The notes beneath the pieces were generated by a model, which was given only the letters and a program-made list of their open reading frames with translations, was not told where the DNA came from and ran no database searches. Source: Phyllosticta citribraziliensis (lineage: Eukaryota). From it: 64,000 nucleotides of DNA. The stretch covers positions 682,001 to 746,000 of the forward strand of contig NW_027117343.1 of NCBI RefSeq assembly GCF_038025025.1. Reading direction: 5' to 3'. Shown in pieces: positions 25,788 through 37,633 of the stretch. How positions within the stretch are numbered: position 1 is the stretch's first letter; every line of letters begins with the position of its first letter. A program made the translations under genes and the position numbers.

Positions 25788-28121
25788 ATGTCTGCGAATC
25801 AGTCCAGCATCGCTACCTCCAAGTCGACAAACACTTCCAATCAGTCCTCTCCAGTCCAATCGCAGGCTGCTTCGTCCGCAACCGGCGACAATTACGGCCT
25901 GCGACGTGCTGGAGGATCAAGTAGTTTCGGTGCTGGTGCGGCTTCGCGTTCCAACCCCTCGCCACGGAACAACCAGACCTCGAAGAAGAAGCACAAAGGC
26001 TCGAAGCGTTTTGCCGTCGCCGACGAGGATGCTCTGGCCGAAGCTGTACGTTCATTCCCATGCGAGACCTGAGCTTCGACATGTCCTAACATGCATCCAG
26101 ATCGCCATGCGCTCCTCGAACAGTCGGAAAGGCCAAACGTCAATCACTCACTTGATGAATTTTAGCCTTCCTCCGCGCCCCCAATCCAATCACTCCGGTG
26201 GCTATGGCCATGGCCGCGCCTATCGAAGGGCTCCAGCCTGGGGTCTTGGATCTGGATACCACGCTGTGGACAAGGCGAGGTATAATCAACCGCAGTGGTG
26301 GTTTCGCCGTCTTCTAACTCCCATCTCAGATACGTTCACGCTAATTACCGATTCGTTGTCGACCCCCGTGCAGACTACCACCCCCAGAGCGCTGACGCCG
26401 ATATCCATCTGGACTGGAATAATGTCTTACAGATCCTGGCCTCGGCCCAGTCTCAGTCTGCCTCTTGTCCGATTTGCCTAGGCACCCCGGTAGCGCCGCG
26501 AATGGCGAGATGCGGGCACATCTTCTGTCTACCGTGCTTGATTAGGTTCATGCACTCCGAAAATGAGGATACCAAGGCACCGGAGAAGCGCGCAAAATCG
26601 AAAAAGTGCCCTCTCTGTGAGGACAAGATTTACGTCTCGGAAACTAGACCAGTGAGATTCTACTGGGGTCAGGAGGGAGAGGCTCCCCGAGAGGGTGCCG
26701 ATGTCGTCCTCCGATTGATAATGCGTCCGGCTGCTAGTACACTCGCCCTTCCAAGAGACGGGGCAGATATTCTGCCCAGAGACGAGGAAATTCCGTGGTA
26801 TATTGCTGCCGAGGTCATGGACTACGCCCGTATCATGAAGGGTAGTGAGGAATACATGACGGATCAGTTCGACGACGAAATTGAGGAAGTGCAAAAGCAA
26901 GGACGAGAGGATGAGCTCATGTTCGGCGAAAGTACCGAGTGGACGCGGAAAGCGGTCAGAATGATAAACGACGCAAAGGAAAAGGTGGCGGGGATTGGCA
27001 ATCCTCCAGCAATGCCCATCAAGCCTTCCGACATGCGATCGAGGAAATCCGCTGCTCCAACCGAGAAACCAGCCGCAGAAGAAGTCACGCCAAGTCTGAA
27101 AGACACCCAAGACAACCACCAGGAAAATTCGTCCGAAACTGCCGCACAAGCCGTGGATGGATCCGGCAACAATCTTACCGCTGTCACAACGGAGCCGGTG
27201 GATGCGTCCGCTGGACAGCCGCAAGCAGTGAGCAACCTATCAACATCGCTTGCGGAGTTTCGAAACCGACAACACGAGCATCAACCACCGTCAGAATACT
27301 TCTTTTACCAAGCCTCCCTGCATTACTATCTCTCCCCTCTCGACATTCGCATTTTGAAGGCAGCCTTTGGCGATTTCGCCTCCTTTCCAACAACAATTCT
27401 TCCACGAGTGGAGCGAATTTCAACTGGGCATGTTGTTGACGACGATCTGAGAAAACGAACCAAGTACCTTGCCCATTTACCGTACGGTTGCGAAGTAGCA
27501 TTTTTAGAGTGTGACTGGACAGACACTGTCGCACCAGAGACTTTAGAGAAATTCAAGTCTGAGATTGATCGAAGGAGGAAAAGAAACAGGGAAAAAGAGA
27601 ACCGAGAAGAAAAGGCACGGATACGGGCTGAAAAGGAAGAGGACCAAAAAACATACGCCCAGGCACGGCGCAAGCGACCAAGCGTATCGGACAATCGGTT
27701 TACTGCAGATGACTTCCAGCCACTGGGTCAATCAGAGCCCTCTGATCCTCTGGACGGTGAACACACATCGACTTCGCCTCCATATGCGCCAAGGAGGCAG
27801 GGCTCTGCGTTCGCATCTCTGGCGTCGCCTTCGACTAGCCCAAGTGCCCCTCGGACTGTGTGGGGGACAACAGCCATAGCTGCTACGACACCACCTCAAC
27901 AAGCATCTTCCCACGATCAAGAGGCACCCGATGATGGCTGGTTGCAAGACTGGGAGAAAGATCTGTTGCAGGAGGATCAAATGATGGCCCAGATGCAAGC
28001 CATGTCGATGGGAGAGGGAGAGAGTTCCAAGAGCGGAGCCGCGGCCAACTCTGGCAGTGGAGGCAAGAAGAAGAAGAAGAAGATTACGTTGATGAGCACA
28101 AATGTCAGGAGAGGAGCGTAG
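25788..28121 (+). CDS. MAG2: C3HC4 RING E3 ligase Mag2/RNF10-like; 3 exons
   Basis: KGQTSITHLMNF, KAR|YVHANYRFVV, RING CPICL..RMARCGHIFCLPCL..KCPLC, FYQASLHYYLSPLDIRIL, LRKRTKYLAHLP, and C-terminal KKKKKKITLMST like the RNF10 tail. Confidence 0.87.
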
Positions 28122-28621
28122 CCAGGGGTTTGGAGAGGAATGCTCTCTTGGTTGGCTGGTTTGGTCTCGGTTATCTTGCAGCGGGTTGTGGATCACAGGG
28201 GCAGGCGTAAGCAGGTCAGCGACCGATTCTTCCGTAGACGAAGTCCACATTGGGCAACATCAAATATTGTAAAAGCCCCTGTCGAGGTCATGGCTTGATT
28301 GCCATGCGCTGCGGTGAGGCCCAGGCGCGACGCAATGTCGTCGAATGATGTAATGCTCGTGCTGTTCTTGCCGTTGCCCCGAGCTGGAGGGCGGCAACGT
28401 TGCCGGGAGCTAAGCAAAGTTTGTCAACACGCCGAGGGCGGCCAACTTTTGGGACTGCACCACCGAATCTCTCCACCGGCCGTCATCGACTGCTACATTA
28501 CCTATACAAGGGGCCGTCGGTCGCCGACACACGCGCGCATCTATCCCATATTTTTCCATCCTTTGTCATCGCCGTCACCGCCGCTGAAAAGCTTCCATCT
28601 GGTTGCTCTGCCGAATCAACC

Positions 28622-30484
28622 ATGTCGCAGAGGATAACCCGGTCACAGACCGGCGCAACGCCCAGGTAATCAACCTCCACCGTGGCCTTGTCGCAATGCC
28701 CTCGCGCATTGCGCTCCACATGGCGCGCAATTTTCGCCAAATCAAGACATCTACCATGCGATACACGGTCTGACAGTAGGCTGTAGGAAACCCACCAATC
28801 CAGGCTATGTGGAAACTCCTGGCCGCCAAAGGCGCACCACGCGCAGATCAGCTGCTCTGAGCGCCGAAGCCGAATCTGGAGAAGAAGAAGCGACACCTGC
28901 GCCAACGTCAAATGGCACCAGTACCTCGTTCGACCATGTCAATGGAGCTGCCCAGGGGCACAAATCGACCAATGGAACCAATGGAGCTGCTGAAAAGCCG
29001 GCCGAACAATACGAGACGGAGAAGAAGGTCGTCGACCCTACACAGCTGCAAAGCGACCACAAGGAGTTTGGTGGCTCTCTCGGCACGGGAGCGATGATGG
29101 TCGGGTTCCCATTGTTGATGTACTACATGTGGGCGGGCGCGACCTACTACGATGGAGCGTTCCCTTTGCCTGCCGACGGCCAAAGCATCCCCGACTTCCT
29201 TCAGCAATTGGTATCTCTCTGCTACGAGGGCGCGTTCCCTCATGCTCGTGCCTGGACCATATACTGGACTTTCTTGGTAATCCAGGTCGTTTTCTACCTG
29301 TTCATGCCTGGAGTCTACGCCAAAGGTCAAGCCCTTCCCCATCTGGGAGGAAAGCAGCTGGACTACTACTGCTCGGCCGTATGGAGCTTCTACGCAAACA
29401 TCGTCCTCGGTCTTGCGCTCCACTACACTGGTTACTTCAAGCTTTACACCCTCATTGACGAATTCGGCCCCATCATGTCCGTCGCGATCATTACTGGTTT
29501 CATGTTCAGCATTTATTTCTACATCAGCGCTCATGTGCGGGGCGTAACCACCAGGATGACTGGATCCCCCGTTTACGACTTTTTCATGGGCTCCGAGCTC
29601 AACCCCCGTCTGTTCGGGTGGCTCGACTTCAAGATGTTTTTCGAGGTCCGCATTCCTTGGTACATGCTCTTCTTCATCTCTCTCGGTACCGCCGCAAGGC
29701 AATATGAAAAATACGGATACGTCAGCGGAGAGGTTGCGTTCCTGCTCATGGCACACTGGCTGTACGCGAACGCTTGCAGCAAGGGCGAACACTTGATTGT
29801 CCCGACCTGGTACGACGCGCCTGCAATCCATCGTGATTGAGCTTTACTGACTGTGGATTCATAGGGACATGTACTTTGAGAAGCTCGGATTCATGCTTAC
29901 CTTCTGGAACCTGGCAGGTGTACCGCTTACCTACTGCCACTGCACCATCTATCTTGCAAACCACCACCCATCCGAGTACGAGCACCCGAAATGGGTGCTT
30001 GCTTTGCTTTTTGTTGCTTACTTGTTCTTCTACTGGATTTGGGACACCACCAACAGCCAAAAGAACCACTTCCGTCACACTGAAAGGGGCAACGGCAAGG
30101 TGCGCAAGACCTTCCCTCAACTTCCGTGGCAGTACGTCGAAAACCCGACGACGATTCAAACCAAGACCGGCAAGAACCTTCTCTGCGACGGTTGGTACGG
30201 CCTGGCCCGCAAAATTCACTACACATGCGACTTTTGGTTTGCGTTCAACTGGGGCTTGATCACTGGCTTCCGCAGTCCGTTCCCCTGGTTCTACCCGGTC
30301 TTCTTCACCCTCATGATCATCCACCGCGCGAGGAGGGACATTCAGCGCTGTCGAGCGCAGTATGGCGAAGCTTGGGAGGAATATGAGCGCCGGGTTCCCT
30401 ACCTGTTCATTCCGGTAAGCACATCTTCCTTGTGGAGATGGTGGGCTTTGAAGCTGACAAAATCTTACACAGTACGTCATCTGA
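28622..30484 (+). CDS. ERG4: Delta(24(24(1)))-sterol reductase Erg4; 4 exons
   Basis: [87 protein letters not shown], and VPYLFIP|YVI*. Confidence 0.95.
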
Positions 30485-31975
30485 GCGCCGAAGCGTTATG
30501 GATAAGCCGTTTGGTTTCACCGACGGGCGTTTGGAAGGCGCAAAAGTCATCAGAGGCTAGATCTTTTTCGAGCAACGTTGCGTGGCGCCTTGCTTGGGTC
30601 TAAAGTCTGTGGCTTGAAACGTATGAAGATTCGAGCTTTTTGGGGCTTCATGCAAAGAGTAAATACGTTAGTGGCTGTGTCCACAAGGCTTCTGCCTTGT
30701 AAGCGAGCGTTGCGCGACCAAGTCTGTGGATGCTGATTTTCAAAGATACGGGGCTTGCGAAGACGGAGCGAGACTTGAACAAAATTTCGGATGCGCAGGC
30801 GAACGGTGGTGTGGCGGTCATGTTGTGCCGTCGTCGACATTAACAATTTTCCTTGGCGTCTGTGGCTGTACCCGGTTGTGGTCTGTTTCGAAGGTAGAGT
30901 GGTTTAATACTCGAACAAGAATAGCACGGGGCTTCGCTGCGCAATGTGGCTGGTCCAGTTTCAAACGGCGAAAACGACTTTCAAGTCACACTGGGAGTTG
31001 CACAATGCGCGCGAGCGCGTGGAACACAAGTTGCATACCATGACCTCACCCCAAGACATTTCAGCAGCATGAACTAGCCACGCGAAAACGAATCAGACCC
31101 GCTGCGACTTTATCGGCTCCTTGGGCCGAAGCTGTCGAGTCGGGATACCGCTCAACCCTAGTCGCCCGGCCTTCCGAGTCTTCCTCGATTGACTTCGACA
31201 AATTGGATGACTTTTGCCCTTTTACCAAGAAAAAGAACCCAGCAAACCATCGCGAGGGCAAATTAATGTCAAAAGGGTTTGCATTTTTATCCAACAGATC
31301 CGCCCGGCCGTAAGAACCTTGTTCAGCCGCTGCAAACAACATGGCCCCCAAGACCCTGAGCTGGCGTCACAACTCAACAGCGAGGATACCATGTGGGTGT
31401 GTCTGTCAAACGGAATACACCCCCTCGAGCAAACACGGGGCGAAATACTCGACTTTGAACGGCCACCGAGGCAGAGCGTGTGCGTTGTGATTGGTCACGC
31501 GCCTCAAACGACAGCGCGAGAATCCCTCCGCGTCGTGCTCCTCCTGGACCTCACTCTAGCACACCCGAAGCCTTCCTCTGATCAACAAGGATGCCCGACG
31601 CGGTTCGGCTGCAGGACATGGCATGGATCCCCAACTGTCCATGTGAGAGCACGATGCTCTTCCCCATGATGCCGACCAGGTGCTCGCTGCCGCTTGCTCC
31701 CCACAATGCCTCCGCTCTTGGATTCTGCCCACCTCCGCCTCCGCCGCCAGCAATGTCGCCTTTCAAGGTTGCGGAAGCTGTGTGCGCCGTTAGGCGGCGT
31801 CGCTGCTGATCAGGGCCCCGTGGTCATGGTGCCTGGGTCCGTCGTGTAGTGCGGACATGGGCTGCGGGAGGAGGCGACCTTGCCCCATAAAGTTCAGTCT
31901 GAACCCAATTTATTTTGAAGCAGCGTTCCTGCACGTACCCTTTTCCAGACGACCTCCTTGTGCGTGCGCTACAGT

Positions 31976-33271
31976 ATGCTGTTTGGCAACAGGATTTTGT
32001 GGCATGCGAGCCTTCTCGCGGCTGGCGTCAGTCTCGCCTCGGGCTTGCTTGAGAAACCAAAGGTCGACGGTATTCCGCAGTACGTTTTGGACTATGGTGA
32101 GTCGCGTCCCACGTCGTGTTCTTGTTGCTACGCCTCGAGTTTTGGTTTGCGCGTTTCTCTGTTGTATTTCCATACTCTCCACTGTCCTTGTTCAAGTCGT
32201 ACAAATCACCTGCTATTTAGTCTGAGAACACCATCAACCAACACTGAACTATTGCAGCGCCCGTGTGCTACCTGCATCATCAAGAGCTGTATTTCCCTTC
32301 GGACTTGCAAGCGCACCTCGACAATACGACGCCACAAGATGACAACTTCAAGAAAATCGATGGTGCTCCGTCGCCGTTGTCCTTGACCAATCTGAACAAG
32401 CTCAACGACTTTGCCGAGGGCGGAAAGAAGGTCTATCTGACATCGAACGATGATATTACCAAGGACCCGGCATGGCTCAAGGGAGCCGCGCCTGATTGCG
32501 ACGGGAAAGCATCAGACATTATTGCTGTTGCTGTTATAGTTGTGGACAAGGGCGACGACAACATCGACGCTTTCTTCCAGTACTTCTATTCATACAACTG
32601 GGGTGGTGTCGTCTTGAAGGCCTTCCAAGCTGGCAACCATGTGGGCGATTGGTAAGTCGCAAAGGAGGAAGCTTTGGTCACCTTGAACTTCCACTGGCAT
32701 TTCGTTGAGGTACACTCTAACGCGAGCTAGGGAACAAAACATGATTCGCTTCGAAAAAGGCGTACCAAAGTACGTATGGTTCAGCCAGCACGGAAACGGC
32801 CAAGCGTTCGCCTACGACGTGCTCGAAAAGGACGGCCAGCGCTTCGTAAACTACATCGCCAACGGCTCGCACGCCAACTACGCCGTCTCGGGCTCGCACG
32901 ATCACACCATCCCCGAACTAAACCTGGGTAAAGGGATCCTGATGGACTACACGGATGGGCCCAAGGAAGGCGGCAAGCTGTGGGACCCGCTCCAAAACGC
33001 CTACTTTTACAAGTTTAGCAACTCGACCGGCAAGCCGACCTTTACTTCTTCTGAGCCTGGCAAATATCCGACCGAGTGGCTCGACTTTTTGGGCAAGTGG
33101 GGCGATAAGCAGTATCCCAAGAGCGACAAGCGACAGCAGGAGATTCTGGGAGGCATCACGGCCAAGTTTGTTGGCGGCCCGACGGGTCCCATCGACAAAC
33201 AGCTGGACCGGAAAGAAGTGTGCCCAGATAACGGCAATCCGTGTATCCTGAGACACATTTTGAGTCCGTGA
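31976..33271 (+). CDS. Vps62-like protein with an N-terminal signal/anchor; 3 exons
   Basis: IPQYVLDY|APVCYLHHQELYFPSD, DAFFQYFYSYNWG, GNHVGDW|EQNMIRF, ANGSHANYA, WLDFLGKWGD, and GGPTGPIDKQLDR. Confidence 0.85.
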
Positions 33272-33979
33272 GGAAGCACCCTGCGGAGTCCAAATCGACA
33301 CGCCGGCTTCTTTCTCTTCTGTCGGCACGGTGGCGGACTCTTGCCTTCTCCGATCTTTTCCTGCATTTTGGTGGAGTTGCGAGGCACGGGCTTCTTTTCA
33401 TGTACAGTCAGTGTACGTTGTACGAATCTTAGACATGACGTGACCATTTGCTTTGTTGCAATGTCACCATTATTTACTATCGCGGGGGGCGCCGCTTTTC
33501 TTGCTACTCCTGTCTTCGTCCAATGCAGTGCGGTGCGGCGGCTGGGCGAAAAGTTAGCATGTGGGCGGATACCACCGGTTAAGCAGATCTCTCCAGAGGT
33601 GGCAGCATCTTGGTGTTGACTTGGAACAATGGTAACCCTGTGAGACAATGAGGCTGGGAAGGTCGTTGGATGCGACAGCCCCACAGGATGGCACGTTCGG
33701 CTTCCGCTTTCGATGTTCCAACATCGCTGAGGCTGGTCGTTGCCGATTCCGCATCTGCGATAAGCTGCGTGTCTTATTCTCTAGTCCAAGTGGAACCTAA
33801 GACGGAGAACGTTGAACATTTAACCAAGTTGAGCTCATTACCACATTGGGCAGCCGGCGATATGATAGGGCTACAGGTATGTCCGTTGGGAGCTCGGGCC
33901 ACCTACATCATCCCCCAACTCGAGCGCATCCCCCAACCATCTCGCCAATCCACTGCACTCCACTCATTATACTATCGCC

Positions 33980-36808
33980 ATGGATAAAGACCTCATCAAG
34001 GTAGAACACTTCCGCCCGTTGACTGTGATCGCACTGACCCATCCCAGTTCAAGGCCTTGCCTGACGAGCTTGTCCATGGCATCTTTGAATACCTGAATGA
34101 CCGCGAGCTGGCGCGAGTGGCACTGACGTGCTCCTGGGGTTACCAGCGCGCGATGCCTCTTTTGTGGAAAGACTTGGAGCTCAAGGACAAATGGACGCTT
34201 CATCCCAAGCATTTGAAGCCCCAAATTTCCGCCAATAGGTGCCGAGATGAAGCTTGCGACGAGCACGATGATACCCCAGTTATCAAGAAGTTGGTGACGC
34301 TGGCCAGGCACGACTCCCCACACCAACCCTCTTCAACCGATAGTGGCAGCTGACGAATCGCAGTAAGCCACACATTGCGTCCCTCGTCCACACCGTCCTC
34401 CACCGCTGCCACCTCCCCACTCCGAGTATCTACCAAGAACTCCCTAAGATCTCGTTCAAGTCGAAGGTCCTGTCGACAGACGTTAGGACTCGCAAGCTTC
34501 TGATGTTGGCCATGTGGAACTTGACAAATGTGCACACTTTGCGCATAGTGTATGGGCACTACAACCTGACACATGTGTTGGTCTGGGGCTTTCTGCATCC
34601 GCACCGTCCGAGGAATATTCCGTTGAGGCGGCTGTGGCTAGAGAATTGCTCGTTGGCCATGCCACGGCCCACCAAAATCGACGGCGGACATTGGCCAGAC
34701 CTTACGGGGATGGAGAGTCTTCGTGTCAGGAGATTGACCATCGTGGACGACAAGACTCGCGGTGTCCTCCACGACGCCATAGCGCCCTCGCGCGGGAAGA
34801 AATGCACGACGATGCAGGATGGAGTCGGTGGAGAGTACAGAACCTACACAACACCGATTGGCCGAGATGGCGAAGTATCCTTGGAGACTTTGAAAAAAGC
34901 CATTTTCTGCGAAAATCTCATTTACAAGGAAATGCCCGAGGCTGAAAAGGTGCTCAAAAAGCAGGAGATACTTTTCTATACTACGGAAGGGGTGTTCCCC
35001 AGCCATGATCCTGCGCCTCCGGTGAACTTTTTACGATACCTTCTGTGGGATACGACGCAGACGCTGACATCGTTGAACCTGGATATGCTACTTACCTTTA
35101 GTTGTCACCAAGAGCGTGACGAGTCGGATACGCATGACCTGCTGAACCATTTAAGTGCACTTCGCTTCCCTCATCTGCGCGCATTTCAAATGCGCAATGC
35201 CGCGACTCCATGGTCTAGGTGAGTAGCAAGTCTTGATCCTGTTTGTAATTGATACCGGCGTACACGTTGAGGCTAACATTGGACAGCCTACCAAAAGGAA
35301 CATATCTCCTTGATGCGCGCGAGTTTGCATCCGACTTTCGCACACTGTCAACCAGCTTTCTTGAGTTTATGGAGGCCCACGACAAATTGCAGTGCTTGGC
35401 CTGGCCCATGGATCGATTCTTCAGCCAACATAGTCAACACAAGGCGATTGTAGAAAGACGCGAACGTGTCCTTGACAATCTCTCTCGAACACTTACCGAG
35501 CTCCGCATCGACATTTCGTTCTCCGAGGACCCGATGGACGAGGGCATGGCAGCATTCCAATCGTCAGTCGGAGCCATTGCACGGAGGCGACGATTTATTT
35601 CCTGGTTTGCATCGCGGATGAAAAAAGTTGAGGTTGTGAAAATGGAAGGTGCGATTCCTCGCGCCGAGAGGCGTGAGATTATACGTGCTTTGCACGCATC
35701 ACCTCTGAAGAAAATCGTCATGATTGGGACTGCGTATCCGCTTGGCAATACTTGGGCTAACAGCGATAATCAAACCGAAGCCGACATTTGGGGGCTCCAT
35801 TTCGAAGATGAAAAGGCGATATCTGCGACGAACAAGGAGCCTTCCACCTACCCAGGCCCTGACTTTGAATTCAATCCTTCCTTTGACTGGCCTAATTCGT
35901 GCTCCATGGCACACACGATAGCATCTTTCCATTCGCAAACCATCACCGAGCTCAAGTTTTGTGGTTACACCGGCGCTCCCATACTCTTTACACCAACACC
36001 CCCGGCTAAAATGCTGCTCGAACCCCTGCGCCACTTCCACGCCCTAGAAAGGCTCACCATGTCGTTTTGGCTTGACACCTACTTCGAAGGCGATCACCGG
36101 GACCTAGAAGTGATATCTTACTGGCTCAACATGCGTTCGCCACAATCGACAGCCCTGGCTGTGGCCCCGGACGCCAACAAACCCATCGACACATACGACT
36201 TCTGCTCCAACATCTTCGACGGCTCCCCCCGCTATCTCACCGACTCAGAAGCTGAAGACGACTATATCCCGAACAAAGTCCCTCGCCGCACGCGCCATCC
36301 CGACCACGTCCTCAACGCCATTACAGTCGACCCCCTGACCGGCCCCGAGCCCCTCGTCGGCATCCCCATTACGTGCGTACACCGCGGCTTCAACGCGAAG
36401 CCGGTACCCCTCAGCAAATGGCCCGACCGCCTGCACGCCCTGTACCTCCCGCGCCACCTGGCAGAGGCAGTCGCGCGCCAGATCGCGCCACTACTCAGCG
36501 ACACGGCCAAGCGGAAAGCCGGCGGCGTGCTCGTCCGCGCCAGCTTCTGCCTCGGTGCCCAGGCCGGCCTCGGCGCCGTGTGGGACGTCGACGTCCGCAT
36601 CGGCGCCAAGCCGCGGTCGAGCATGCGCATCCGGAGAGAGAAGAGGCAGTGGGACCGGCGCGAGCTGAACGGCCGCCCGCACCCTAAGGGAAAGGAGAAG
36701 AGGCATGTCGATCAGTGGTTTGACGTCTTGCTTGATTGGGACGGCCCGAGGGAGGAGGCGGAGCGTAGCCGTTGGTGGGGCAAGATGAAGGAGAGGAGGT
36801 GGTTCTAG
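33980..36808 (+). CDS. Fungal F-box domain protein; 4 exons, intron 2 probably GC-AG (34308-34363)
   Basis: N-terminal F-box FKALPDELVHGIFEYLNDRELARVALTC..LWKDLEL, followed by LRR-like segments (LRRLWLENC, LTSLNLD, LRAFQMRN, ITELKFCGY). Confidence 0.8.
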
Positions 36809-37412
36809 TCGTTGTTTTGGATTGTTTTGATTGTGAGTCTTTGGTTGGTTGGTTGGTTGATTCGTTCATTGGGCTTTTGGAGCCGCTTCTGGGGGAGGCG
36901 ACTACTGGAGCGATCCGGCTATCAACTCAACCCCTTTGCGCACTTGCATTGGCATACACATGGATGGGATCGTGCATCTTGCTGGCTCCTTTCACCATCT
37001 TTCCTTGATTCGTGCCTATCAGCCAGCCAGCAGGTCACTCGGTGACCAGGCAAGCTTCGCTGGGTGTAGGTACTGTACATACGTAGACGTGCTTTCTTTT
37101 CGATGCGTTTGTAGACTTCTTTTCTCTTGGGGGGCCGCCCTCCCTCTTGCGTTCGTTCGGTTGAGATGTAATGGAGAACATTTAAGTGCGACTGCATAGT
37201 TTAATTTTTGCCAATTACAAGAGAGCAGAACAAGGAAGGCGAGAAGATGAGGAACGGGGGAAGAGATGACAAGAGAGGCTTCCAGTAAGGCACGCGCACA
37301 GTAATCCTCAGCGTACTTGAACTAAACACCTTTCAATTTGAAAAAATCACCCGAGTATCACAACCGAATACATATATGAAGACAGATCGAACAATGCATT
37401 CACTCCCCAAGA

Positions 37413-37438
37413 TGCCTGCCTGCCTGCCTGCCTGCCTG
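37413..37438. repeat. (TGCC)6 microsatellite between the convergent F-box and SLA2 3' ends
   Basis: Read directly from the sequence. A (TTGG)4 repeat also occurs at ~36841-36858. Confidence 0.85.
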
Positions 37439-37633
37439 TTATACCCTTTCAGCAACTATGAACAAACGCAAACTACCCGCCCTCCCTACCCACCCAAGCA
37501 AGAAATACACCACCCTACTTCCGAAGCGAGACAGTCAACTAGCTGCCCAAAGATAATTCGAGCATGAGCCTGCAATCTCGGATCTGCAGACGCAAGGCCT
37601 TAGCTGCCATTTTCCTTTCAACACAAGAGAGGT

